Part shown: positions 26,273-34,788 of the stretch, in pieces
How positions within the stretch are numbered: position 1 is the stretch's first letter
How the letters are laid out: every line of letters begins with the position of its first letter
IMG/VR virus record: IMGVR_UViG_3300044634_002252
Coordinates: 1 to 64,000 of that record
Reading direction: 5' to 3' (one strand)
Length of the DNA stretch: 64,000 nucleotides
Origin: a virus
Notes under the pieces: model-generated
Seen by the model: the letters and a program-made list of their open reading frames with translations, nothing else
Databases searched by the model: none
What the model was told of the DNA's origin: nothing
Position numbers and translations under genes: made by a program

Positions 26273-26511
26273 TTTTCACCAACCAAACGATTCTCTATTA
26301 ATCTTTCACGCTCATCTACGATCTCATATGCAAATTTCATCATCTTGTCATAGCCAACTGCATTGTCTACAATTTTTTCATAATGGTGACCACAAAACAT
26401 TAGGTCTCCAGAAACTCCAGTAACCTGGACATAGGCCTGAGCTCCACAACTATCGCATCTATCGGACACCGCTAGCTGCCACTCAACTTTATCATTTACC
26501 ATAGTTTCCAT
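26269..26511 (-). CDS. small zinc-binding protein of actinobacterial type
   Basis: DRCDSCGAQAYV...LMFCGHH...VDERERL. Confidence 0.75.
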   Translation of the reverse strand: METMVNDKVEWQLAVSDRCDSCGAQAYVQVTGVSGDLMFCGHHYEKIVDNAVGYDKMMKFAYEIVDERERLIENRLVGEN

Positions 26512-26513
26512 GA

Positions 26514-26696
26514 CTATCCTTTATTATCTGTTGAATAAAATCCGCCGCCATTAAAGGCAACACCTATAGGAGAGTATACCCTAGTTAGGGGAATTTTGCA
26601 AGACTGGCACTGTGGAAGAGATTCCTTGTCTGAAATGCTTCTAACGACAGTTTTAGATAGGCCGCAGGTCTTACATTTGTATTCGTAGAGAGCCAT
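26514..26696 (-). CDS. FmdB-family zinc-ribbon protein
   Basis: YEYKCKTCG...CQSC...F.GGGFYSTD. Confidence 0.85.
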   Translation of the reverse strand: MALYEYKCKTCGLSKTVVRSISDKESLPQCQSCKIPLTRVYSPIGVAFNGGGFYSTDNKG

Positions 26697-26798
26697 AATT
26701 TCCTTGTTTTTAATTTATCTTTGTCACATTATTAATATTGACATATACATTATATACTAGAATAGGTCAAAAGTCAACGCTTATGCTATCATTATTAA

Positions 26799-27383
26799 GT
26801 GACCGCCTACACTCCAGAAATTATAAGATTTCTCAATTTAATCCCAGAACCCTTTGAGGCTATAATAGTTTGCTACCCAAGATCTGGGTCAACCTATTTG
26901 GGCAGATATATGGACCAAAGAGCTATGGTACATTTAAAAAAGTCTCATGCTTGCGAGGTAGTGCCTGGATACAAGATAGTAGGAACCTTTAGGAAACCTG
27001 AAGAGTCCATAACATCTTTTGTCTCTATGGAAAGTTACTATCAAAATAGAACCGACTATCAGGTTATGATAAACAAAGAGATAGCAAAATATAATCAAAT
27101 GTTAGATTTTTTAATTAAAAACGCTGACATCATGGTTGATTACCAAAGAATGATTATGGCCCCAGAAGAATCTATAAAACTTGTCTGCAATGCTCTAGGC
27201 ATTAATGTTAAATATCATTTTGACTACATAGATCAGATAGAAGATATGCCAAAAGACAAATTCCTAAAATCTAGTAAGTATTTAAAACAATACAGGCAAA
27301 TCGAAAATATGGTTTTAGAGTCTGATCTAGAGGCTTCCAAAAATCTATATAGCATGGCCTTAAAGCTAGATAAAACTATTTAG
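26799..27383 (+). CDS. sulfotransferase-like protein
   Basis: YPRSGSTYL, KSH, RKPEESITS; resembles 4950..5495. Confidence 0.65.
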   Translation: MTAYTPEIIRFLNLIPEPFEAIIVCYPRSGSTYLGRYMDQRAMVHLKKSHACEVVPGYKIVGTFRKPEESITSFVSMESYYQNRTDYQVMINKEIAKYNQMLDFLIKNADIMVDYQRMIMAPEESIKLVCNALGINVKYHFDYIDQIEDMPKDKFLKSSKYLKQYRQIENMVLESDLEASKNLYSMALKLDKTI

Positions 27384-27409
27384 ATTTATTATAGCAATCT
27401 TGTGCTTTT

Positions 27410-27937
27410 TTAGATATTAGACAACTGCTCTGCCTCTTCTGAGACAGAAAGTTCTAGCTTTATTCTTTCATCAATTACGCTGTAGTCATCGGACATTTTT
27501 CTTCCATTTGATAGATATCTAAAGAAAAGTTTTCTATAATGAAAATTGCAAAAAAAGCTGTGGTGTCCGTTATCATGTCTTGTTGCTTTTACAAGACTGC
27601 TGTATCCACACCAGCACTTTCCAAAACTATTTGAAATGCCTTTTCCAGATATTTCTGGAAAGCTTTCTCTTATTAGCTCTCTCTCGTCTATGACTATTTT
27701 AGCTATCTCATCCCATTGGTCTGGTGTTCTACGAAGAGTTATATCCTTCTCGTAATAATAGTGATAGTCGCACAAAAAACGTTTACCCCTGCTACCCTCA
27801 ATATAAACAGAAGCTGGAGCAACACAAGATGTATTTGCTTTCATTGGATCATCAATAATATAGTTAGTTTTTTCTGGAATAATCATTATTGGGTCAAACG
27901 CTTGGCACAGCTGATCCTCTGAGATAGATCTTGTCAT
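27410..27937 (-). CDS. protein with two tandem zinc-binding repeats like 26269..26511
   Basis: FLCDYHY..IDEREL and FFCNFHY..IDERIKL. Confidence 0.65.
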   Translation of the reverse strand: MTRSISEDQLCQAFDPIMIIPEKTNYIIDDPMKANTSCVAPASVYIEGSRGKRFLCDYHYYYEKDITLRRTPDQWDEIAKIVIDERELIRESFPEISGKGISNSFGKCWCGYSSLVKATRHDNGHHSFFCNFHYRKLFFRYLSNGRKMSDDYSVIDERIKLELSVSEEAEQLSNI

Positions 27938-27948
27938 TCTTTACTTCT

Positions 27949-28593
27949 TTATTCCGCACCCGTGGAGCCTAGCATATTCTCAGTATTATGATACCAATGT
28001 GGCATTGAGTACCTTAGTCCTGATTTTATAGGCCATACCTCATGTACATACAAAAAGTTAGACGGGAAAAATATAATACTTCCAGCTTTTGGCTTTAGCT
28101 TTACTCCAGAGTTTACAAACTCAATTTCTCCGCCATCGTAGTCATCATTCAAATACATTACCGAAGACAAAACTCTTGTTGAAATTCCCTGATCTTGATG
28201 AGCTGGAAGGTGACCACCTGGGCCATACTTTAACAAATGAATGCTTTCCTCTCTAGATTTTATGTTTTTTTCTGCAAATGGATAAATTTCTTTAGAGTAA
28301 TGACTAAAAGCTTGTTCTAAAGATCCATATAGAATCTTTGAAATTTCTTTCATTTCTTTAGCATAGTAGTCATCATCAGATACGTCCTGCTGCTCTGGAA
28401 AAAATTTTTGCATATTAAAAACAGTATCGCCATACATCCAGGGAGACCACGTCTTAACAAAAGTATACTGGTCTCCATGCTCATTTGCTAAAAATCTTTT
28501 ATCAATATCTTCTATTAGCTCAATAAGCTTGTCGGGATTTTCAATAGCTTCTTTGTAATATACAAGACCTAAATCTAAAATTTCATACTTCAT
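27949..28593 (-). CDS. 2OG-Fe(II) oxygenase (P4H-like)
   Basis: HQD, YLNDDYDGGEI, FPS..YVHEV..IKSGLRY. Confidence 0.85.
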   Translation of the reverse strand: MKYEILDLGLVYYKEAIENPDKLIELIEDIDKRFLANEHGDQYTFVKTWSPWMYGDTVFNMQKFFPEQQDVSDDDYYAKEMKEISKILYGSLEQAFSHYSKEIYPFAEKNIKSREESIHLLKYGPGGHLPAHQDQGISTRVLSSVMYLNDDYDGGEIEFVNSGVKLKPKAGSIIFFPSNFLYVHEVWPIKSGLRYSMPHWYHNTENMLGSTGAE

Positions 28594-30002
28594 CTAATTA
28601 TTTCCGTTCCGTAAGTCTGCTCCCAATCAATTATATCATTTTCATCATTGAGAAGTGGCTGTCCTTTTATGTTCAGGCTAGTATTTAAAAGCAGCGGAAC
28701 TCCAGTTTTTTCATAAAACATCTTGAGCAAATCGTATAGTCCTGGGTGCTGAGATCTATTAACCGTCTGTACCCTGGAAGTACCATCCACGTGGACCACA
28801 GATGGAATTAGCTCTGGCTTTAAACACCTAGGAGTGTATTGCATATAAGGGCTTGCATAGTCCATGTCAAACCATTCGGAGGCATGCTCCTCCATTACCA
28901 CTGGAGCAAATGGCCTGAAGAGCTCTCTCTTCTTTATTCTGTTAACCTTATCCTTGATGTTTGGGTCACGTGGGTCTGCCAGGATGCTTCTGTTTCCCAG
29001 TGCTCTTGGTCCAAACTCTGCCCTACCGCTGGCTACTGCAGCAATCTGGTTTGTCATAATCTCATTAAAAATCTTGTCTACTGGATATTCTCCGCCAAGA
29101 TCGTATCCAAGATAGGGTCCCTGCCAGTTTAGGTGCTTGCCGTATAGTGCAGCTGCTGCTCCAAGAGAACTTCCAGCATCTCCTGGATTTGGCATTATCC
29201 AGACATCTGGGAATATATCCCAAAGCATTGTATTAGCCTTGCTGTTCAGGGCACAGCCGCCCATAAATACTAGATTAGGACTATCTAGTTCCTGTCTGAC
29301 TATGTACATAAAGTCCCACAGCCTTTCTTCGTAGACTCTTTGAACTGCTGCTGCGATATGAAACTTATCGTTGTCTGTGACATCCTGACCCCAGTCAATA
29401 ATCCCTTTGTGGAAGTTATACTTTTGCTTATATACTGATGGAAAGTACTCAGAAACTCTTTCAAAGTACAGGTCTGGATCACCATATCCTGCCATCCCCA
29501 TCATGATGTACTCTTCCTCATTGGGTTTTAGCCCAAGCAACTGTGTGAATGCAGAATAGAATAGTCCAAAACTAAATGGGTATTCCCACTTCTTGTGAAG
29601 ATTAATTTTTTCTCCATCACCAATCCATACGCTAGAAGTGGCAAACTCTCCTATTGCATCCAGCACTACAATAGCTGCCTTATCAAATGGGCTCGTGTAA
29701 TATCCTGCGCAAGCATGAGAGTAGTGATGCTTAAAGGCTTTATCGTATCTGTGCCATGGCTTCCAGTCCGCCTTCCCACCGTGTAGCAATAGCCTTAGCT
29801 GCTTTAGTCTTGGCTTTTCATAATATGCTATGGCATCTGGATTTCCAAACTTTAAGCCGTCATCCCAAAGAGCTTTGTTCGTGTACCAGTCATTCTTCTT
29901 CTTGCTATATCTTTCGGCATGACCTGCAAATAAAATTGTATCCCCTTCAATTACTGCAAGTGCAGCATCGTGAGATGTCTCGTTAAATCCAAAAACTTTC
30001 AC
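28590..30002 (-). CDS. carbamoyltransferase (NodU/CmcH family)
   Basis: HDAA, ERYS, HHYSHA, DAIGE, GGCALN, EFGPRALGNRS, FRPFAP, LNTSLN; GTG start inferred. Confidence 0.92.
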   Translation of the reverse strand: MKVFGFNETSHDAALAVIEGDTILFAGHAERYSKKKNDWYTNKALWDDGLKFGNPDAIAYYEKPRLKQLRLLLHGGKADWKPWHRYDKAFKHHYSHACAGYYTSPFDKAAIVVLDAIGEFATSSVWIGDGEKINLHKKWEYPFSFGLFYSAFTQLLGLKPNEEEYIMMGMAGYGDPDLYFERVSEYFPSVYKQKYNFHKGIIDWGQDVTDNDKFHIAAAVQRVYEERLWDFMYIVRQELDSPNLVFMGGCALNSKANTMLWDIFPDVWIMPNPGDAGSSLGAAAALYGKHLNWQGPYLGYDLGGEYPVDKIFNEIMTNQIAAVASGRAEFGPRALGNRSILADPRDPNIKDKVNRIKKRELFRPFAPVVMEEHASEWFDMDYASPYMQYTPRCLKPELIPSVVHVDGTSRVQTVNRSQHPGLYDLLKMFYEKTGVPLLLNTSLNIKGQPLLNDENDIIDWEQTYGTEIIR

Positions 30003-30004
30003 TA

Positions 30005-30607
30005 CTACTCCTTGACGTACGGATGCTGCTCTGCATGCCAAATACTTCTGTCAACTTCTGGATGAAATTCTGGATCTAGATGTTTGGGAATGCTAGTATG
30101 CATATATAGCGCAGTATGTCTTGACCCAGACTTGATAGTTGTGATGCCATGAATGTACTCAGAGCCTGATGATGGGAAGAATACAGCAGAATATTTCCTT
30201 GGCTTGTACTCAAAATTTTGATTGGGGAAGTATATAACTCCACCATCATACTCGCTAGGATCATTTAAATAAATGATTGTGCTCCACTCTATAAATGGCT
30301 CAGGGTCTTGAGCATCTATGTGTAGATCGCCTTTAGTTCCTGGATTCCACCAAGAGCCAAACGCCTTGAATACATAAATAGGATTAGCAAATCCATTTAA
30401 TTCTTTATGAACATCATTAGATTTGTGCCCATACTTGATTAACAAATCCATTACCCTTTTATTGTATGGAAACGCTGTACCACCATACCTTTCAGAGTAG
30501 TACTCTGGGTATGGGTTTCTTTCAGATGGATTCTTTTGTTCATCAATAAGTGCCTGGGCATCCTCTGGTGTTATAAAATCATCAATGATAGTTATTCTAT
30601 GCGTCAT
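30005..30607 (-). CDS. 2OG-Fe(II) oxygenase
   Basis: HID, IYLND..YDGG, HGI..IKSGSR. Confidence 0.85.
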   Translation of the reverse strand: MTHRITIIDDFITPEDAQALIDEQKNPSERNPYPEYYSERYGGTAFPYNKRVMDLLIKYGHKSNDVHKELNGFANPIYVFKAFGSWWNPGTKGDLHIDAQDPEPFIEWSTIIYLNDPSEYDGGVIYFPNQNFEYKPRKYSAVFFPSSGSEYIHGITTIKSGSRHTALYMHTSIPKHLDPEFHPEVDRSIWHAEQHPYVKE

Positions 30608-30620
30608 TTTTTCTCCTTCT

Positions 30621-31430
30621 TTAGTGTATTGACTTTACGTTAGATATAAACTTTCTAGAATCTATATCGTTTATCTTAAGACTATTTGGATTGTAGGGTA
30701 CATCATCATTTGCATAAGGCAATGGTAGGATTGGACACTTATCTAAACCTATGTGCCTCCAAAAGCTGAGTGTAATGATGTCAAGTACTTTGCCATATTT
30801 ATGTTCTATAGAAAATGTCCTATACTTATTTTCTATGGTTCTTTGATTTAAGTCTGAACCAAGACTGCTGGGAGCATTATAAACAGTATATCCATTCTCA
30901 AAACATCTGAAAGACAATAGCTCGTCTTCACCCAGATACTTAACATATATAGGATAGCTAACTGGCTTTAGTGTGCTGGTCTTCGAAAAAATTAAATTCT
31001 TGCTTACTATATTGCTTTCATTAAACTGATCTGACTCTTCGGATTCGGAGATCACTGTAAATAAGTCTCTGTTTTTAAAGCGCTGCCTCCCAATTCCAGA
31101 GACAATAGTTTTGTCATCTTTAATAAAATCTATTAAAATATCGTCCCAGCCTTTTCTAACTAAGATGTCGTCTGATAATACCAAGAAATACTCTGAAGAG
31201 CTTTCGTGAATTGTTTTTGACTTGTACTCGCAAGGACTATTTAGGTAATCCCAAAAGATATGAGTATAGGATATTTGTGGGCCAGAAAACATTTCTTTTC
31301 TGTCTAAAGGGTGTTGATCATAAACGTATATGTGAATATCATTACTGGTTGACGCAATAAGATTGTCAACAATCTCTTTTAAAAATTTATTTTTATACGA
31401 ATAAATAACGGCATCAATCGTTGTCATCAT
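30621..31430 (-). CDS. GT-A glycosyltransferase-like protein
   Basis: YFLVLSDD..GWD, LGEDELLSFRCFENGY. Confidence 0.6.
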   Translation of the reverse strand: MMTTIDAVIYSYKNKFLKEIVDNLIASTSNDIHIYVYDQHPLDRKEMFSGPQISYTHIFWDYLNSPCEYKSKTIHESSSEYFLVLSDDILVRKGWDDILIDFIKDDKTIVSGIGRQRFKNRDLFTVISESEESDQFNESNIVSKNLIFSKTSTLKPVSYPIYVKYLGEDELLSFRCFENGYTVYNAPSSLGSDLNQRTIENKYRTFSIEHKYGKVLDIITLSFWRHIGLDKCPILPLPYANDDVPYNPNSLKINDIDSRKFISNVKSIH

Positions 31431-32181
31431 GACTTACCTCTGGAGATCTCTTATTAAATATGCCAAAATTCTTTTTTCTCCAAGCAAATTTTTTATAATA
31501 TCCATAAAGCATTGATCGCCTATTTTCAGCCATAAGTTCATGCTTATCTAGCTCTTCGTCAGTATCTATAACCTTTGATTCCCAGTCTTCTCTTTTAAAT
31601 GGAATTATTTGAAATATTGGCGTACCCTTGGGAATCACACCTCTAAAATTTCTCTTAAGAAAAAATGCAGTAAAGACTGGAAGTCCCCAAATATCAGACT
31701 CTACAATTCCAGATAGGGTATAAAACGGAAGGTCATGCCTGTTCATTGGTTGTGTAACTAGTACAGAGTACCCTGGAGGAGTTTCATAATACCAGTTCAT
31801 CCTCCAGCCATAGTGAATTGGATGGCAATTATCTGGAACTGGAACCTCTATCGTTGGCCTAGTGTCGACAATCATTACATCGCCCTTCCAGGACAAGACT
31901 GGGACTCCGTTTTCATCCAAGTCTACATACAGATCATCCTCTAAAACATACTGGTATCCAGCGGTTAGCGCATCAAAGAAGGGCATGCACATCTTTGTAG
32001 CTACCTGCGCTCCATCTGTTCCTAAAGAGTTTTGGGGGCTTAGGGTTTTATCACTATTTGATTTTTCAAACTTTGCCAAGCTTCTATACCATTCTGGTAC
32101 ATGCTTTGTAGCTGGTTGTGGTGCCGTTAGCCGATCGCCAGGCATTCTAAAAGATGGAACAAAATTAATTATGTTAGACAT
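31414..32181 (-). CDS. DUF6065-like / dUTPase-like jelly-roll protein
   Basis: PEWY, TKMCMPFFDA, TPPGYS, GIVESD, KGTPIFQIIPFKR. Confidence 0.7.
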   Translation of the reverse strand: MSNIINFVPSFRMPGDRLTAPQPATKHVPEWYRSLAKFEKSNSDKTLSPQNSLGTDGAQVATKMCMPFFDALTAGYQYVLEDDLYVDLDENGVPVLSWKGDVMIVDTRPTIEVPVPDNCHPIHYGWRMNWYYETPPGYSVLVTQPMNRHDLPFYTLSGIVESDIWGLPVFTAFFLKRNFRGVIPKGTPIFQIIPFKREDWESKVIDTDEELDKHELMAENRRSMLYGYYKKFAWRKKNFGIFNKRSPEVSHDDND

Positions 32182-32903
32182 TAATTATATTCTTTCTTTG
32201 ACCTAAAGATAAGTTTATATCCATTTGCAAACATACTACGCAGCTTAAGTCTCTGGTTTGATAAAGTTTTCTTTGAGTCTTCGGCATCAACGACCTCGGA
32301 CTCCCAGCTATCTCTTTTAACTGGGATGACTTGTACTAGAGGAGTGCCACGTTTGATTACACCCTTAAATCCCTTTTCTACAATAAAAGATAGGTGACCT
32401 TCTGTAATAAATTTATCAGAGTCGACAAAAGCTGGTATTGCAGTTAATGGATAGGTGTCTCTGTGAACTGGATTTAAAAATAGGGTGCTATAGCCAGGCT
32501 CTGTCTTCATGTACCAGAAAGGCATTACCCTAAATAATGTTTCGTGTTGACGACTTTTATCTATTGGGTATTCGTCATATTGCTGTTTTTCATGGGAAGA
32601 AAACATATCTGCTTGGAATTGTTTAATTGCAATTGGTATAGACCATGTTAACTTTTCTGGATCAGTAGCGTCTAAATAAACATCGCATGGCATAGTGATC
32701 ATATAGCCAGCTGTCATTATATCAAACACTGGCATACATCTTTTAACAGTTGAAGTAGAGTAGCCTTTTGGAAGAGTCTCGGAATCATTTACTGTGCCCT
32801 TTTGCTTTTTGTACCAATCTGGAACAAACTTTACTGCTGGCTCAGGCGGGTCTGTGTATGCGGAGGTGCCTTCACTATGTTGATAAAATCTAATCTTTGG
32901 CAT
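32181..32903 (-). CDS. DUF6065-like protein, tandem paralog
   Basis: PDWY, TVKRCMPVFD, TEPGYS, RGTPLVQVIPVKR. Confidence 0.7.
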   Translation of the reverse strand: MPKIRFYQHSEGTSAYTDPPEPAVKFVPDWYKKQKGTVNDSETLPKGYSTSTVKRCMPVFDIMTAGYMITMPCDVYLDATDPEKLTWSIPIAIKQFQADMFSSHEKQQYDEYPIDKSRQHETLFRVMPFWYMKTEPGYSTLFLNPVHRDTYPLTAIPAFVDSDKFITEGHLSFIVEKGFKGVIKRGTPLVQVIPVKRDSWESEVVDAEDSKKTLSNQRLKLRSMFANGYKLIFRSKKEYN

Positions 32904-33561
32904 AAAACTCCTCAATTCCTAAATCTATTATAGCATTCCTGGGAATTATCATATCGTAAATAGGCGATAGTCTTTTGACTTTTCCAAACTCATTATCTAT
33001 CATATGACTGCCTTCTTTTTTAAATCTAAAAGGTATCATAAATGGCTCTAAATACCTTGTGTCTTCAGGAATTTTAATGCAATGTCTTGTAGTTTCAAAT
33101 ATCTTAAATGCAGACTCTTCTTCTGGAACTACAAATCTAACCTCACAGCTTGAATCGATTATCCAAGGAGTATAGGCCACAAAAGTATCTTCAAAGCACT
33201 CCGAGTCTAGGCCTGCAACATATGACGATCTATAAAATTGTCGCAACCATGGCCTATCTAAAAACTTTCTCTCTTTATTATTTACTAAAATAAAAACTTC
33301 TGCATGACTATATTGCCTCAGTCTAATAAAATTATCATCAATGCCGATTAGCTTTGGTGCTGGATAAAGAGCCTCTGCGTATTTATTAATTGGCTTTATT
33401 ACGCTGTTCTTGTATTTTTCCAATGACTTTATTTTTTGAAAACTTAGCCACTTTTCTGGAACTCTAGAATTAAAAGAAATTTCTACAAAGCTTGGATCAT
33501 ATGTTGACTTCCATATTCCAAAATCATAGTCAGTATTATTAAGTATTTCTGGTTTATCCAT
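32890..33561 (-). CDS. hypothetical protein, possibly a divergent third paralog
   Basis: PEKW, PWIID, SPIYDM. Confidence 0.55.
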   Translation of the reverse strand: MDKPEILNNTDYDFGIWKSTYDPSFVEISFNSRVPEKWLSFQKIKSLEKYKNSVIKPINKYAEALYPAPKLIGIDDNFIRLRQYSHAEVFILVNNKERKFLDRPWLRQFYRSSYVAGLDSECFEDTFVAYTPWIIDSSCEVRFVVPEEESAFKIFETTRHCIKIPEDTRYLEPFMIPFRFKKEGSHMIDNEFGKVKRLSPIYDMIIPRNAIIDLGIEEFYAKD

Positions 33562-34267
33562 TAGGGCCTGCAATTAAAACAGATATGAAATCTGACTGGT
33601 TAATCTTCATGCTAAGAACTTTATCAATAACGGCAGACACGCTATCTCTGACTATTGTTTGATCTATCATGGTGACATTAATTCCAATTCCTACGGGATG
33701 ATGCTTTCCAAAAACAGTTTGAATATCTTTTAAAATTTCTATGATTTTAGAGTTGTCGTCTTTTCTATTTTTAACTAAAAATAAATATGAAGTATGACTT
33801 TGCTTAACCCAATCAAACTTTTCTAGCCTGCCTTTTGAAGACGAACCTGGAACATCATCTTCGAATATAAAAGACTTGCCACCTACTCCAAGTATAGCAG
33901 GCAAGGCTGAAATAATTGATGGTCCTGGAATTACCTCAACTGGAAGGCCTTGCTCATGAGCAATAACAATTATTTTGCCACCTGGATCTGCTACTCCTGC
34001 CATCCCATCGTCTGGGCAGATCAAAACATTTTTGTTGTTTTTTAGTGCTTGAATAACTTCCAAAATTATTGGAACCTCAGACTCTTCGTCCATTGGGGCG
34101 TAGTACTCAATTATAGCGCCAGACGGAACAATAGCTAAGTCTTTGCAAAGATTGTCAAACATATATCTATTTTCTACTAAAACAATGTCACAATCTTTTA
34201 TCGCAGATATCATCCTAAGACCAACGTCTAGCCTATTGCCAATGTCTACTCCGCCAACGATTAACAT
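33554..34267 (-). CDS. RsmI-like SAM-dependent methyltransferase (tetrapyrrole-methylase fold)
   Basis: IGNRLD..RM....D..LVE, DDGMAGVADPG, VIPGPS. Confidence 0.75.
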   Translation of the reverse strand: MLIVGGVDIGNRLDVGLRMISAIKDCDIVLVENRYMFDNLCKDLAIVPSGAIIEYYAPMDEESEVPIILEVIQALKNNKNVLICPDDGMAGVADPGGKIIVIAHEQGLPVEVIPGPSIISALPAILGVGGKSFIFEDDVPGSSSKGRLEKFDWVKQSHTSYLFLVKNRKDDNSKIIEILKDIQTVFGKHHPVGIGINVTMIDQTIVRDSVSAVIDKVLSMKINQSDFISVLIAGPNG

Positions 34268-34282
34268 CTGTTCCTTTCTTTG

Positions 34283-34354
34283 AGCCTCCTGTCAGGATTG
34301 AACTGACGACCTACGCATTACAAGTGCGTTGCTCTACCACTGAGCTAAAGAGGC
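34283..34354 (-). tRNA. tRNA-Thr(TGT)
   Basis: Cloverleaf, ACGCA-CTTGTAA-TGCGT. Confidence 0.92.
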
Positions 34355-34355
34355 G

Positions 34356-34428
34356 TACTCCCAACGGGATTCGAACCCGTGCTACCGCCGTGAAAGGGCG
34401 ACGTCCTAGGCCACTAGACGATGAGAGC
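34356..34428 (-). tRNA. tRNA-Glu(TTC)
   Basis: Cloverleaf, TCGCC-CTTTCAC-GGCGG. Confidence 0.92.
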
Positions 34429-34432
34429 AGTG

Positions 34433-34506
34433 CGACCCTGACCAGACTTGAACTGGCGACCTCCTCCGTGACAGGGAGGCGCTCTAACCAACTGAGCTAC
34501 AGGGCC
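34433..34506 (-). tRNA. tRNA-Asp(GTC)
   Basis: Cloverleaf, CCTCC-CTGTCAC-GGAGG. Confidence 0.92.
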
Positions 34507-34560
34507 CTTGTCCACTTTTATCCCTTCTCTCTGCGGGAGTGGTGTAGACTAAACCATTAG
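34507..34560 (-). ncRNA. inter-tRNA pseudoknot element, copy B
   Basis: UGGU/ACCA, UCCC/GGGA, pseudoknot GUCUAC/GUGGAC; covaries with copy A. Confidence 0.65.
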
Positions 34561-34631
34561 AGCGAATGGAGAGAATCGAACTCTCACCGTCAGTTTGGAA
34601 GACTGAGGCACTACCACTATGCAACATTCGC
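34561..34631 (-). tRNA. tRNA-Gly(TCC)
   Basis: Cloverleaf, TCAGT-CTTCCAA-ACTGA. Confidence 0.9.
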
Positions 34632-34684
34632 ATTGCCCATTTTTATCCTTATACCCTTAGGAGTGGTATGGGCCACACCATTAG
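34632..34684 (-). ncRNA. inter-tRNA pseudoknot element, copy A
   Basis: UGGU/ACCA, UCCU/AGGA, pseudoknot GCCCAU/AUGGGC. Confidence 0.65.
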
Positions 34685-34756
34685 CTCCCCTCCGTGGATT
34701 CGAACCACGAACCGACGAGTTAACAGCTCGTTGCTCTGCCATTGAGCTAGAGAGGA
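34685..34756 (-). tRNA. tRNA-Asn(GTT)
   Basis: Cloverleaf, ACGAG-CTGTTAA-CTCGT. Confidence 0.92.
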
Positions 34757-34788
34757 TTGTGCCCGTTAAGGATGGGCTTCCATTTTAT

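Noticed and set aside
34324-34560. ORF 34324..34560 (+), likewise 15914..16165 (-)
   Set aside because: Antisense to tRNA genes
34507-34684. Canonical HDV-like theta ribozyme or preQ1-II riboswitch
   Set aside because: Lacks the 3-bp P3 with L3 consensus and the P1.1 G; not upstream of a coding gene or SD as preQ1-II would be; kept as an unknown motif
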